A stretch of DNA of 64,000 bases from Carpediemonas membranifera BICM (GCA_019828565.1 JAHDYR010000015.1:630240-694239); one strand, 5' to 3'. Counted from the stretch's first letter, positions 30,713 through 41,866 are shown. Notes: generated by a model not told the origin, from the sequence alone. A program made the numbers and translations.

Positions 30713-33151
30713 ATGATCATCCATCGGCTGAAGACGGAACTCTCGGATGGTTATCTCCTGTCATTTGGCGATGATACTGCGAGATTGAACATATTGCTTG
30801 GTTTTTCGGTTCCGCTGAAGATTCTCCACCCAGAAAATGACCGCCAAGCCACACTGCAGTTCCTGTCGGGTGTATTCCCCCGTGAGGTGCTTCTGAATTC
30901 ACCAAATGGCCCTGAGATGGACATCCACCTGATTATTCTGCCCCAATCGACGCGAGAGTTTGTATCCGGGCTGCCCGTGCTCTTCCCCTTCCTCCACCGC
31001 CGCTTCACCACCGGTCTCACCCGCATAGTTGCTACACAAGGCACTAGCAAGCTGATGAGCATGACCCTTTACGACATCTATGCGTCCTACCTGCATACGT
31101 TCTGTCAGTACCCCTCGACGGACAGGACGATGGCGCAGGCCACGACACTCGACATCGTGGACGCCCTGGCATCACACACTATCGCCACGTCATTCAATGA
31201 GCAGACCACCCTTGAGTTTGGCCCGATGACAGTGACGCTCGAGCCCGTGTGCGCCGGCGGGGAGATCGGCAGGGCCGTGTGGGTCATCGCCCTGCCCAGC
31301 AGAGAGCGCTTCGTGTACATGACCGGCGTAGCCATGGCGTCAGACGGCCTCACCCCCGTATGCAACGCGACTGACCCGGCCATCCACGGCGCCGCGTACG
31401 TTTTCATCGACCCCAGGGTCACCGGGCTCGACCCCGCCATCCCGGACGCCCCCAACTATCCACTCGGGCCCGGCTTCACCGACCGCGGCCGGCTGGACTA
31501 CTCCGTCGCCCAGCTGTGCGACTTGGCCGCCACAACCCTGGCCGCGGGCAACGACGTCCTCGTCCCCACCCACGCCCCCACCGCCATGGTCGACCTGCTC
31601 AGACGGCTGGACGCGGCGTGGGGTGATGTCCAGTCCCTCGCGTCGCCGCAGGCCCCCTCGCTTGTCTTCCTGTCGCCCGTCGCCCACTCGATCCTCAGTG
31701 TCGCCCGGGCGTCCATGGGGTTCATGGCGTCGGAGGCCCTGGCGACGTTCCACAACGGATGGACACCACCGCTGCCCCTGCCCAACATCCGCGTAGCCCA
31801 CGACATGGCCGAGCTGCGGGCAATCGCGGCCCCCCGACTCGTGGTCGGGTCGATGACCGCAGACCTGCACGCGGGACTGGCCCACAGCTTCTTCCTCTCC
31901 ATGGCGGACAAGGCGGGCAACCTGGTCGTCCTGCCCCACGCCCCAGATCACGCCGGGTCCGTCCTGGGCACGCTGCACGCCCTGAGGACCGCCCCCCGCC
32001 AGAACTCCGCGCTCCGGGTGAACGTATGCAGCCTCGTCCCGTCTGAGGGCAAGGCGAGCACCGTCCGCATTGTCGACACCGTCGAGCAGACCACGGGCCC
32101 CGCCGATGCCCCCAGGACTAGGGCCATCGAGCCCACCCTGACGGCCGATGGGGAGTACGTCCCCTTCCTCGTGCCCAAGGACCTCAAGGAACGGTGCGAG
32201 GCATTCGTCCCGCCCATTGCCCGGCCCATGGACGTGCGGAGGCCGGACAACCGCCCCGCCGCAGCACACCCCTCGGCCGCGGTGGCCCTGGAGCTGCCCG
32301 ACCCGGACATCGTTATGGATCTCCTTAGGGACAGCCAGGTCGGGCTGACACCCGCGTCGGTGGAGCTAGAGCCCCGGTTCACCAACCTCGGGCATATCAG
32401 CAGACTCAAGCACGACGGATTCGGGGCCCTCCTCGAGCTGCAGACCGCCCCCGCCCCTGCCGCGGCCAAGACCGTTCGGGCAGACAGCTTCGTGGCGGCC
32501 CAGGAGGAGCGGGACCTTGAATCTGGCGTCCAGCTCGTCCAGAAGACGATCGACGTGGCCGTGCGGTGCCAGCTCGCGGCACTGCCCCTCCGGATCCACG
32601 CGACGCTCCCCAACCTCGCCAGGGCGCTCAAGGCCATCGCGGGGCCGGGCACTCGGCTGATTGTAGACGGGCCGGGCCTGACTGACGTCGGCAGGGCCAC
32701 CGGCTGCGAGGTGCTGGCCATCCCTGACTCCGCCCGACTCGACGTGGCGACCGGGCCCGTGTCCAAGCCCGTCAGCATCGGCAGGGCCCTGCTGGCGTCG
32801 ACCACGATGCAGTCTGTTGGGGGAACCTCGGTGGGGCGGCTGAAGACGATGATCACACCCGAGCAGACCGACACCGGCTACAAGTACGTCGCGACTGAGC
32901 CTCTCCCGCTCGGACTGGGCGGTGTCAAGCTGTCACAGTACTCCTTTGGCCGGCTTGCTGAGGCCCTTACGACGGCACTGGCCGGGTCAACTGTAGTCCG
33001 GGAGACCGACGACGTCCGTGTGAAGCGGGATGGGGAAGAGGTTGTGGTGAGGTACCAGCACCAGACGTCGACGTTCATCGTCGATGGGCCGCTATGCGCG
33101 CTGCAGTTCGACGTGCAGAACGCCATTGACGGTCTCATGGTGACGCTTTGA
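30713..33151 (+). CDS. CPSF2: Cleavage and polyadenylation specificity factor subunit 2 (CPSF100)
   Basis: AGGEIGRAVWVI, GNDVLVPT...VDLLRRLDAAW, PRLVVGS...DLHAGLAHSFF...NLVVL and C-terminal VDGPLC; inactive MBL/beta-CASP layout. Confidence 0.8.
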   Translation: MIIHRLKTELSDGYLLSFGDDTARLNILLGFSVPLKILHPENDRQATLQFLSGVFPREVLLNSPNGPEMDIHLIILPQSTREFVSGLPVLFPFLHRRFTTGLTRIVATQGTSKLMSMTLYDIYASYLHTFCQYPSTDRTMAQATTLDIVDALASHTIATSFNEQTTLEFGPMTVTLEPVCAGGEIGRAVWVIALPSRERFVYMTGVAMASDGLTPVCNATDPAIHGAAYVFIDPRVTGLDPAIPDAPNYPLGPGFTDRGRLDYSVAQLCDLAATTLAAGNDVLVPTHAPTAMVDLLRRLDAAWGDVQSLASPQAPSLVFLSPVAHSILSVARASMGFMASEALATFHNGWTPPLPLPNIRVAHDMAELRAIAAPRLVVGSMTADLHAGLAHSFFLSMADKAGNLVVLPHAPDHAGSVLGTLHALRTAPRQNSALRVNVCSLVPSEGKASTVRIVDTVEQTTGPADAPRTRAIEPTLTADGEYVPFLVPKDLKERCEAFVPPIARPMDVRRPDNRPAAAHPSAAVALELPDPDIVMDLLRDSQVGLTPASVELEPRFTNLGHISRLKHDGFGALLELQTAPAPAAAKTVRADSFVAAQEERDLESGVQLVQKTIDVAVRCQLAALPLRIHATLPNLARALKAIAGPGTRLIVDGPGLTDVGRATGCEVLAIPDSARLDVATGPVSKPVSIGRALLASTTMQSVGGTSVGRLKTMITPEQTDTGYKYVATEPLPLGLGGVKLSQYSFGRLAEALTTALAGSTVVRETDDVRVKRDGEEVVVRYQHQTSTFIVDGPLCALQFDVQNAIDGLMVTL

Positions 33152-33274
33152 GGGGCGGGTTTGTTTATCATAAAGCATAGCTGGTGGTGCCGAGTCACGG
33201 GAGTCCTGGTCTGGAGTTGCTCGTGTGCATGTCATGGACGGGATATCAAAGAGGACTGCGGGGGTGCGCGATCA

Positions 33275-35519
33275 ATGCCTGTTGACATTGAAGACTCTGT
33301 AGCTAGGAATGGCAAGTCTCGGATGCCTAAGGCCTTGACGGCCACGCTCTTTGTCGCCGACGACAAGGTGGTGCATCCGCTCCAAAGAATCAACCCCAAC
33401 TCCATGAAAACGATCGATACAGTGTCTTTTGAGGATATATTTGAGCTCTCGCTCTTTCAGGAGGTCGTTGACGCCCTCAGCGCCGCATCCAGAATTACCT
33501 CACAGATGCTGACGCCGTCGGGCGACGAGGGGATCACAGACCGACCCAGCAACCTCCCTGTGCTGTTCAAACGGATATGGGACCGGATACAGTTCACCGC
33601 TGAGGCGGCGGAGCAGACCTTGGGTCCATGGGTCGTGGCCATGAGTCAGCGCGCGGGGCTCCATGGCGCGGAGGTTACTATCCATCTGTCCAGGAGGGTG
33701 CTGGCAGTGTGGGTCGTGTGCGGCGTGCGACTCCCCGACTCGCCGCTCCCGCCGTTCATCCGGGACCTGTGTCTAACACACGGTATCGATGGGGCCGCGG
33801 CCGAGGGGCTGTGGGCCGCCATGCCGGTGATGACCGCCGAACAGTTCGCGGACAAGGTCGGCTTCGTCAGACTGTTCGCCACACAGATGTCGACGTTGGC
33901 ATCGCGGAGCTTCGCCAGCCGGGTGTCAGTCGTGTCGCTGAGGGAGAAAAACCGCTTCCTCAGCGAAAGGACCGTGTTCCTCGAGTCTCTCATCCAGCAG
34001 CGCGGCAAGGACCTCATACAAGCCAACCAGCAGCTCAGCGCCTCCCTAGCCACACGGCGTCTCTTCCTCAGCCGCGTCAGCCACGACATGCGGGGCCCCC
34101 TGCTCGGCGTTGTCGGCACGGCCCAGCTGCTCGAGGATGACGTTCAGACACAGATACTATCAGATGTTGAGCGGCGGTCGAGTCTGAAGATAATGAGATC
34201 ATCAGTGGAGATTCTGCTGTCGTTCGTGGACAGTCTGCTTGACTTCTCGACTTTGGTCAGCGCAGATGATAGCCGACCGCTGGTCACTCTCGAGGAGAAA
34301 CCGGTCGATCTTCGCGCCTTTACCCCCAGCGTAGTGTCGCTCTTCCACGCAGTTATGGTCCAGAAGGAGCTTGCAGTGTCGATCAACATATCTAACAGCG
34401 TCCCCAGCGCCATCATGATAGATCCCGTCCGGCTGGCCCAGCTGATGACGAACTTCATGGGTAATGGAGTCAAGTTCAGTCAGCCTGGGGGGAGGATCGA
34501 GGTCCACGTCGATAGGATCGACCCAGGATCGCTGCCCCCGTGTATGCCCGAGGGGGCGTACGCGATCATCGCCTCCCCCACCCTCTACTCTACCCAGACG
34601 CTGCCGTCGGACGAGGAACCAATGGTCACCCTGCACTGTCTCGCCGAGCTCAAGGGAACGCTGCCTGCCACGGACGACGCCACGGCTCTCATCAGCATTG
34701 TCGTGGCGGACACGGGTCCGGGCATCAACCCCGCCCAGCTGTACGATATCTTCTCCGCATTCGCCCAGCAAGAGATCTGGACCTCGAGGGTCTACGGTGG
34801 GTCGGGACTGGGACTTTCGATGTGCAGGTCCGTGTGCGTCGACATGTACGGCGGCGTGATTGCTGCCACAAACCGGCCCGACGGCGGGGCTCTGTTCGCT
34901 GCCTTCCTGCCCATGAAACTGACTGACGAGACACCAGTCGACCCCTTCAAGGAGATGCCATCGAGCCATCCATTGTTCAAACACAAGGCCAGGTCGCGGA
35001 ATCCGCTGCTGTCTCCGCACCTCGACCCCGTCCCACACGAGGTCCCGCAGGATAGCCCTGACTTTATGGACCCGAGCCAGATTCGGATACTGGTGGTCGA
35101 CGACCTCGACGTGAACAGGGTCATCGTCGGGCGACTGCTTAAGATGGCGCTGAGACGGACGGGACGGCCCTACAGCATTTCATACGCATGCGGTGGGTAC
35201 GAATGCCTGCAGCTGACCGAGAAGAACACCTATGATATTAGTATGCCCCCGTTACCCCTGTTACACAGTCCTCCTCGACCTCCACATGCCCGATCTAGAC
35301 GGCACAGAGGTCGTCCGCCAGATAAGGGCCAGGGAGCGCGACCAGCCGGGCGACCTGGGCCATCAGCCTGTCCTCGCCCTGAGTGCGAGTGACCCCCAAG
35401 TGCTGGCCGAGCTCTGCACCGAGGAGGGGTTCGACGGGTTCCTCCAGAAGCCTTTCAAACAGGCCGAGCTCGACAGCATACTCCATAAGTTTGGCGGCAG
35501 CACTAATAGCTTGTCATAA
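33275..35519 (+). CDS. Hybrid sensor histidine kinase (HisKA, HATPase_c, receiver), two exons, no obvious TM
   Basis: H-box VSHDMRGPL, N-box QLMTNFMGNGVKFS, G1 DTGPGI, G2 GGSGLGLSMC, receiver ILVVDD...YDIILLDLHMPD...KPF after removing intron 35241-35268. Start ATG is uncertain. Confidence 0.92.
35241..35268 (+). other. Spliceosomal intron, 28 nt
   Basis: gtatgcccccgttacccctgttacacag. Removal restores the receiver phospho-Asp motif YDIILLDLHMP. Confidence 0.9.
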
Positions 35520-35564
35520 TTTATAAACAGAAAGGGATGCCATAGAAAGAAGCTGCTTGCTTGC

Positions 35565-36410
35565 CTACCCCAGGCGCATTATGATCATCGCGGGCAGAGT
35601 CATGAAGAGTACTAGGCCCTCCACCATGCTCGCCACGTTGATGCTCATCGTCAGCATGAGGACTGTGACGCGGACGGGGTGCTCCCCGATGATCGTCTCC
35701 GTTGCGACAGGGAGCGAGAGAGGCTGGTGCGGGGTTTGGGGGTCCGTCGGAACAATGGTCGGGGTGTACTGCACTGGCGACGGGAAGGCCGACTCGACCT
35801 GCTGCGACAGCCGTGGCCGGGTGATGGTGAGGCCGATGCCGTCGATGAGCGCGAGTGTCAGCTGGACAAGCCCTCCGCACCACAGCACGTTGACTATCGT
35901 GCCTGCGTAGTAGCTCAGCGCTGCAGAGATCAGCAGGGCTGTGGGCATGAACAGGTTGGCGCCCACGAAGAAGAAGACCGACGCCACGGCGGTGCGCCAA
36001 AAGTATTGCTCGGTGGCGGACCGTGTCTGGAACTTATCCCTGTCGTCGCCCCCAACAACAGGGCTCTGGAGCAGTAGCTGGGGCGTCGTCATCTTGCGCC
36101 GGGGGCCGTCGCGGATGTCGAGGCGGAGGAGGTAAGCGGGGCCGGGGGAAGACACTGAAGACACCGTCTGCTCGCTTGCACAGGAGCGCACTGATTCTCG
36201 GGAATCAGACTCACAGGCTATCTCATGGTGCCCTATGAGCGGAGAGGCCGTTACTGCCTCACGTAGGACGCGGGGACTGCCGCTGTCATCCGTACTTGGC
36301 GGTGTGCGTTGCTCCGTTGAAGATTGTGATATAGTGATCTCCACATCAGACGGACTGAGCTCTGCTGAAGCGGAGGCAGCTTGGAAGCTCCCCAGCAGGT
36401 CGAACACCAT
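35565..36410 (-). CDS. Unknown multi-TM protein, paralog 1 (disordered N-terminus, C-terminal TM bundle)
   Basis: NVLWCGG and MVEGLVL are shared with the ORF at 60133; VEG is also shared with the ORF at 39147. Confidence 0.7.
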   Translation of the reverse strand: MVFDLLGSFQAASASAELSPSDVEITISQSSTEQRTPPSTDDSGSPRVLREAVTASPLIGHHEIACESDSRESVRSCASEQTVSSVSSPGPAYLLRLDIRDGPRRKMTTPQLLLQSPVVGGDDRDKFQTRSATEQYFWRTAVASVFFFVGANLFMPTALLISAALSYYAGTIVNVLWCGGLVQLTLALIDGIGLTITRPRLSQQVESAFPSPVQYTPTIVPTDPQTPHQPLSLPVATETIIGEHPVRVTVLMLTMSINVASMVEGLVLFMTLPAMIIMRLG

Positions 36411-36581
36411 CTGTGGTTAAACTGGAACAAGATTTCCGCTAAATTCCGACCATGAGGACCGGGTGTGACTGGAGACACACTCTTGCCTTGCCGCCAGCTG
36501 ACCCCAAACCGTGAGTAGTCCCTTTTTATTTTTGTAGTCAAATCTCAGATCACCCGAGGTAAAGTGCGAAAAAGTCAAAGG

Positions 36582-38345
36582 TCAATCATCAAACATCAAC
36601 CCGTTCGCCGCGTCGTCGATGCACCGCGCCACCACGCCTGCTGCTCGCACGAGAGTGTCCGGACTGACCTTATCGGGGGTGTCCTCCCTCGTGTGGTAGT
36701 AGGGCAGCCCCATGTAGAGGTCCGGGATGAAGAGCAGCGTCACTGCGTCCACACCGCCTTGAGAGAACACCGCGGCGTCAGTCCCGCCGTCGAGCAGGCC
36801 CAGGGACCGCGCCTCCATCGACCCGCCCATGTCCAGGAAGTAACTTACCAGATCCGCCGAGTGGGATGTCCGCGTCGTCCGCTCCCGGTCGAGGATGATC
36901 GTCTTGGACCCGGACCCGACCCCGTCCAGGTTCACCATGAGGACTTGGCCGCCCGAGGCTCTGATGGAGTCGAATTCCTCGTGATGGGAACGGAAGTAGG
37001 CCCTGGCGCCACGGAGACCGCACTCCTCGCTGCCAAAGGAGACCAGACGCACCTCAAGATTGTTGCGGTCAAGGTTGGTTTCGACTGATTTTTCAAGATA
37101 CGTTTTGATACATTTGCCGAGACCGGCGAGGACTGCAACGCCTCCGAGATTGTCCATCGCACCGGGAACTCTGTTACCGCCGAACAGGAACAACAGCGGC
37201 GTTACACTGCCGAGGGCCCCCAGGAAGAGGCCCAGGACCGCCCGGGAGGCTATGATGTGACCTAAAAGTGCGGGAAACCACACGGCGGCCACGGCCATGG
37301 CCACGCCGACCAGGGAGGAGAGTGTTATCCCCGTAACACTGAGCACGGCGGAGACGGTGAACAGCCAAGGATGGCGGTACCGCAGCCAGTACTCCGGGGC
37401 CGAGTCGTGGTGGGCTGAGACAATCAGGAGGCTGCGGGGCGGACCGCGGGTCGAGGACAACACCGGTGTCTTGGGACTGGCGACTGACTCGTGCGGCGTC
37501 ACGGTGAGGTCGGTCTCGGTGTCGCTGAGGGCCGTTTCGCTGTCCGAGCAGACCTCGATCGTTGGGCGGGGGACGAAGCGGGCTATGGCGTTCATGCTGG
37601 TGTGGCGGGGGAAGAGGGGGTTGAGTGCCTCGCCGTACATGAAGAAAGTGTGCACAACAACGAAGACAATGACACCAACAAGCGCTAGACAGAGAGCAAG
37701 CGGCCAGTAAAGCACGGTTGAGGACGCAATAAGAGCGTGGCGTGTGTAAACAAACAACACCACGGCCACCGCCCCGAGAAGGAAGGCCATCCGGAGCCAG
37801 CTGAAGAACAAAGCAGGGTGAGTCTCGAACTCCTCAGCACTCACCTCAGCGTGCGGCAGAAGGCCCTCGAAATAGCGCTGCACGGCCTTACCGCGCATGT
37901 ACTCCTGCCTGGTGCCGGGCATGCCGGGGCCGGGGTCCGCGCAGATGCTGGAGACGACCGCGTGCATGTCACTGCCGAGGTCCTCGGAGGAGAGCACTAG
38001 GAGACGCAATCCACCTATACACTGCGGGGGGAGGTTCTGGGCCATGCTGTTCCGCCGTTCGATGAGGTCCTGTGACGCTGTCCGCCTTTGAACATGGCCC
38101 CGTGGTGTCCGGGGAGTTCTGGGAGTTCTAGGCGAGCGCGGTGACCTCCTTTGCGTCGCTGAACTTGGTTCCTCATCGATTTCGGCGATGGGGAGGTCTT
38201 TCAAGGCGAACATCTGTGGTTGGCAAAACCCGCCGACGGACCGATCGGCTGCCACGATTGAAGCGGCGCGAGACAATCGAGACTGTTGAACTGCATTTGG
38301 CAGGGCGGGGGTTGGCTTGGGGAGTGGACTGCGTTGAGTTACCAT
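36582..38345 (-). CDS. Membrane-embedded M28-family zinc metallopeptidase
   Basis: SAHHDS, PGAMDNLGG, FGSEECGLRGA, VNLDGVG, YHTREDTPD, with TM insertions. Confidence 0.88.
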   Translation of the reverse strand: MVTQRSPLPKPTPALPNAVQQSRLSRAASIVAADRSVGGFCQPQMFALKDLPIAEIDEEPSSATQRRSPRSPRTPRTPRTPRGHVQRRTASQDLIERRNSMAQNLPPQCIGGLRLLVLSSEDLGSDMHAVVSSICADPGPGMPGTRQEYMRGKAVQRYFEGLLPHAEVSAEEFETHPALFFSWLRMAFLLGAVAVVLFVYTRHALIASSTVLYWPLALCLALVGVIVFVVVHTFFMYGEALNPLFPRHTSMNAIARFVPRPTIEVCSDSETALSDTETDLTVTPHESVASPKTPVLSSTRGPPRSLLIVSAHHDSAPEYWLRYRHPWLFTVSAVLSVTGITLSSLVGVAMAVAAVWFPALLGHIIASRAVLGLFLGALGSVTPLLFLFGGNRVPGAMDNLGGVAVLAGLGKCIKTYLEKSVETNLDRNNLEVRLVSFGSEECGLRGARAYFRSHHEEFDSIRASGGQVLMVNLDGVGSGSKTIILDRERTTRTSHSADLVSYFLDMGGSMEARSLGLLDGGTDAAVFSQGGVDAVTLLFIPDLYMGLPYYHTREDTPDKVSPDTLVRAAGVVARCIDDAANGLMFDD

Positions 38346-38487
38346 CCCTCTGCCTCAGATGCGGGAGAGGAGGCGATGCTTCGTCATCACGGGCAAGACT
38401 CTCTTAACTATTGACAGAGACATACCCGACACTCATTCTGAATTCCAGAGATATTTATGTGAATCACAGTATATCATCTGAGGCTGT

Positions 38488-39254
38488 CGTAAATGAATCT
38501 CCTTGCACCTCGAACCAATGATACTTGATTCTGCCGCCGAATGATCGCGAAAACAGCCTTTCCGAACACACCGCTCGCAATGAGCCCGATCGCAAAACCA
38601 AAGGGCCGCAAACAGCGCGTTACGTGGACGGAGGAGCTGCACAAGAAATTCGAGGACATCGTGATGGACGTGGGCATCCGCTCCGCCCAACCGCGCTACA
38701 TCCTGACGCTCATGGACACCGACGGCCTCTCGCGCGAGAACGTCGCGTCGCATCTGCAGAAGTTCCGCCACAAGATCATGCGGATCCACGGTCTCGCCTC
38801 CATTGACGACCTCAGCGACGAGCACGGCATGCGCATCGACGAGATCCGCGAGCGTCTTCCCACGCCGCCCCCGCGCAGACGCAGACGCCGCCGCGTCGAG
38901 CCCTCGCTCGCGGCGCTCACCCAGGTCGCGTTCAGCGAGTTCACGCCCACGACGCAGTCCGACGCGTCGCCGCCAGCCACGTTCGCCGCGCCGACCGGGC
39001 GCCACGTGGTGCCGATCATCGGCGACCCCGACAGACACCACAGCCTGCCCGCATTCCTGCTACACTAGACCACCATCCGAGCTCTCTATGTTATGCTCCG
39101 ATAAACTGCACTGCCTTGGTCTCTTTATGCAGACGCCGCGCCGTCTTCACGGCACGATGAACGAGCCGACCGCCACCACGTTCACGGCCGCCATGAACAG
39201 GATGCCCTCGACCAGGCCTGCCCCGGCGATGATGATTCCAAGCCAGGCGAGACG
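38488..39254 (+). repeat. Left arm of a 767-bp inverted duplication
   Basis: Reverse complement of 59178-59944. Ends checked by eye (cgtaaatgaatct... / ...agccaggcgagacg). Both copies give identical ORF translations. Confidence 0.95.
38541..39068 (+). CDS. GARP/SHAQKYF-class Myb transcription factor (ARR-B B-motif-like), copy 1
   Basis: RKQRVTWTEELHKKF...AQPRYILTLMDTDGLSRENVASHLQKFR. Confidence 0.92.
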   Translation: MIAKTAFPNTPLAMSPIAKPKGRKQRVTWTEELHKKFEDIVMDVGIRSAQPRYILTLMDTDGLSRENVASHLQKFRHKIMRIHGLASIDDLSDEHGMRIDEIRERLPTPPPRRRRRRRVEPSLAALTQVAFSEFTPTTQSDASPPATFAAPTGRHVVPIIGDPDRHHSLPAFLLH

Positions 39255-39812
39255 GCGGTGGGGCGGGGTCGGTGAGCTCCTGGCCCTCTTGGGGTTGATC
39301 TCCATGGTGTAGGCCATGCCGATGACCACGGCGGATTCAAGCATCTTCATGAAGCCAAGGATCTGGATTGCGAGGATAAGGATACGGATGTTGAAGTAGA
39401 GGCAGGCCGCCCCAAACACCAGGGCGAAGGGCACGATCACACAGTTGAACAGGAACAGCGTCGCCGTGGCCTCCACACACAGCGCCCGGGCACGATTACC
39501 GGGCTTCTCGGCGTACAGCGGAGCGTGGTCGACGTCATACCCCGCGTCGGGGGACGGCGGCATCATGGGGGATGCGAACTGGATGTCGTCATGGTTGGTA
39601 GGATAGTTCGGAGGACGATACTTCGCATGTTCATTGTCACTACTCGAGCTGCTGGAGCTGGATGAGCCCGCTGTATCAACTTTCTGCGGAGAAAGAAGAG
39701 AATCTTGCTCGGCTGGACCCATGGCTGGTATTGGATCACGCGGGGCGTCATATGGGCTTGATATGTATGACGTAGTACCATAGTCAATGTCGTAGTTGAT
39801 ATCGTCGGTCAT
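39147..39812 (-). CDS. Unknown multi-TM protein, paralog 2
   Basis: Tyr/Pro/Ser-rich N-terminus with PPNY, then FNCVIVPF...LYFN...LVEGILF. Confidence 0.7.
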   Translation of the reverse strand: MTDDINYDIDYGTTSYISSPYDAPRDPIPAMGPAEQDSLLSPQKVDTAGSSSSSSSSSDNEHAKYRPPNYPTNHDDIQFASPMMPPSPDAGYDVDHAPLYAEKPGNRARALCVEATATLFLFNCVIVPFALVFGAACLYFNIRILILAIQILGFMKMLESAVVIGMAYTMEINPKRARSSPTPPHRRLAWLGIIIAGAGLVEGILFMAAVNVVAVGSFIVP

Positions 39813-40408
39813 GTCCACCACTGTCTCCTGAGATTGAGAGGATTAAAATTCTGGATTGAGCTCAGATCGGCCGGATTGGGAGATATTGTGGACTTAGCGA
39901 GTTGGGTCAATTCCCATCGGATGGTCAGACAAGCCGGGCTGCCCATCAACGCCCGTGGTTGACTGCAAACCCAGCTACACGGAACAGAAGAAGCAAGCAC
40001 TGCCCACTGCGCCCGAACTGCAGGATGTCCCCAAAATGTATGCAGCATGAGCACAACACCGGGTAACTTCTGCTCAAATGCACTCTCAAAATGCAGTTTA
40101 AGGAACAATGATTGAAATGATCTGGTACAGGAGGCAGCCCCAAGCTATGGTATGGAGGGGCGATTCAACACCTACCTAGCACTTCCTAGAGCTGATATGA
40201 CGTTTCCGCGAATTCCCGACGTCGGTCAACGCGGTTCCTGGTGTGACCCAAACTTTGAGATCTCTGCCAAAGCTGTCCACTGGCCAGTCAGGGGTCAACT
40301 ATGTCCATGAAACAGCCACGTTGAAGCCCGTCCTGCCATTTATGTGACGAGCTGGGCCCTTTATGATCCGCATGTATCATCGTCTCGAAACGACTTCGTT
40401 GCAGCGAA

Positions 40409-41866
40409 ATGTCTCTCCTGGAGAGCATCGCTCTTCGAGGAACGCTGTGCGTACGATCCTCATTACCAAAACATCGTGTGTATGAAGCATACAACCTGAT
40501 AGACCTTCCCCCCCACATATGTAGCTGCATCTTTCTCTCTCTCGGCCTCCGCCCAATGGAGGAAGCTTACTGGTTCATGAATCGCACCACAGTCATAGCA
40601 GCGATCGAAGGCATTAATGGAGAATCGACACGCCACGTTTCGTCCTCGGGCGTTGTGACCCATTATTGCGTTGTTGCGGGCCGGCTCTTCCAACGCACTT
40701 ACAAGCCGTTCCCGGACACTAACGACGATATAGCAACGCTTGAGACACCTTTTGTCCGTATTTCCATCCCGCCCGTCATCGCCATCACGACGAACGCCCA
40801 CGAGGACCGGCCCTCCTTCGGGACACTCGCCCTGACAACTCACGGACTGTACGCCTGGGGCTGTAACTCTTCCTGCCAGCTAGGACTCAGCAAGCCCACA
40901 GTCCACGAGCCGCAGCGGGTCCGGCTCACCCGTTGCCCAAGTGTGGCCGCCGCCCTGGCCGCCTGCCCCAGGTACCTCCGCTACGAGGTGTTCCGGGGCA
41001 TGTGGGCCGGGCCAGACCAGTCCTTCGTCAACACCACGGCTGGGCTCGTGGCGTCCGGATGGAACTACTGCGGGTGCCTCGGCCTCGACGCCCGGTGCCA
41101 GGGGGTGGCCGAGTTCACACCGGTCCGGTTTCCCCCGTTCAGCGGTATCACCAACGTGTCCCTATTCGGCATGTCGACCGCCGTCTTCGTGGGCGACATG
41201 TGCTACGTGGCAGGTTGGAACGACAGCTGCAGGCTCGGCTTGTCGAGCGGCAGCACCATCGACACGTTCACACTGCTGCCATTCATGGTCTCGGACATCC
41301 AGTGCGAGAACTTCTTCTCCTTTGTCATCACGGGCGGTCGTATCCAGGTGTACGGCCACGTCACTGACCCCTGCATCCTCGGCCTGCTCCCCAGTTCGTC
41401 CGGCAGCAAGAAGCGCATCAAGGGACTCGACCTGCGCTTCCCGTGGCCGGTCACCCGCTTCTATGCCCACCGCTCAGTCTACATCTGTCGGGCGGACGAC
41501 CGGCAGTGGTTCATCCAGGGCAGGAACTCCCACGGCGAGGTCGGGGCCGGGGCCATGGGCGAGTGGGTGACCGACTGGCACCGCCTGCCCTTCGCCGTCG
41601 GTCGCGTCTACAGGGGGCACCATGCCACGTGGATAAGGGACACCGACGGCCAGCTGTGGGGCTGCGGGTGCAACGCTGGGGGCCGGCTGGGCGTGGGGTT
41701 GTCCGAGTCGTGCGTGCGGACGTGGGCCAAGGTCGTGGGGACGCCCCGCCTGCTCACCATGGAGACGCCACGGCCCTGGAAGCTCGACGGGCAGCTCACA
41801 GTCGTCAGGCGGGCACGGAAGGCCAGCCGTACCAAGGCAGAGAAGAGGCGAGATAGTGAATCCTGA
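40409..41866 (+). CDS. RCC1/BLIP-II-repeat protein
   Basis: LYAWGCNSSCQLGL, ASGWNYCGCLGL, AGWNDSCRLGL, QGRNSHGEVG, LWGCGCNAGGRLGVG. Confidence 0.85.
   Translation: MSLLESIALRGTLCVRSSLPKHRVYEAYNLIDLPPHICSCIFLSLGLRPMEEAYWFMNRTTVIAAIEGINGESTRHVSSSGVVTHYCVVAGRLFQRTYKPFPDTNDDIATLETPFVRISIPPVIAITTNAHEDRPSFGTLALTTHGLYAWGCNSSCQLGLSKPTVHEPQRVRLTRCPSVAAALAACPRYLRYEVFRGMWAGPDQSFVNTTAGLVASGWNYCGCLGLDARCQGVAEFTPVRFPPFSGITNVSLFGMSTAVFVGDMCYVAGWNDSCRLGLSSGSTIDTFTLLPFMVSDIQCENFFSFVITGGRIQVYGHVTDPCILGLLPSSSGSKKRIKGLDLRFPWPVTRFYAHRSVYICRADDRQWFIQGRNSHGEVGAGAMGEWVTDWHRLPFAVGRVYRGHHATWIRDTDGQLWGCGCNAGGRLGVGLSESCVRTWAKVVGTPRLLTMETPRPWKLDGQLTVVRRARKASRTKAEKRRDSES

Noticed and set aside
33275-35519. Bacterial contamination or chimeric contig at the histidine kinase
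   Set aside because: It has a host-type 28-nt intron and sits seamlessly among eukaryotic genes with the same codon style.
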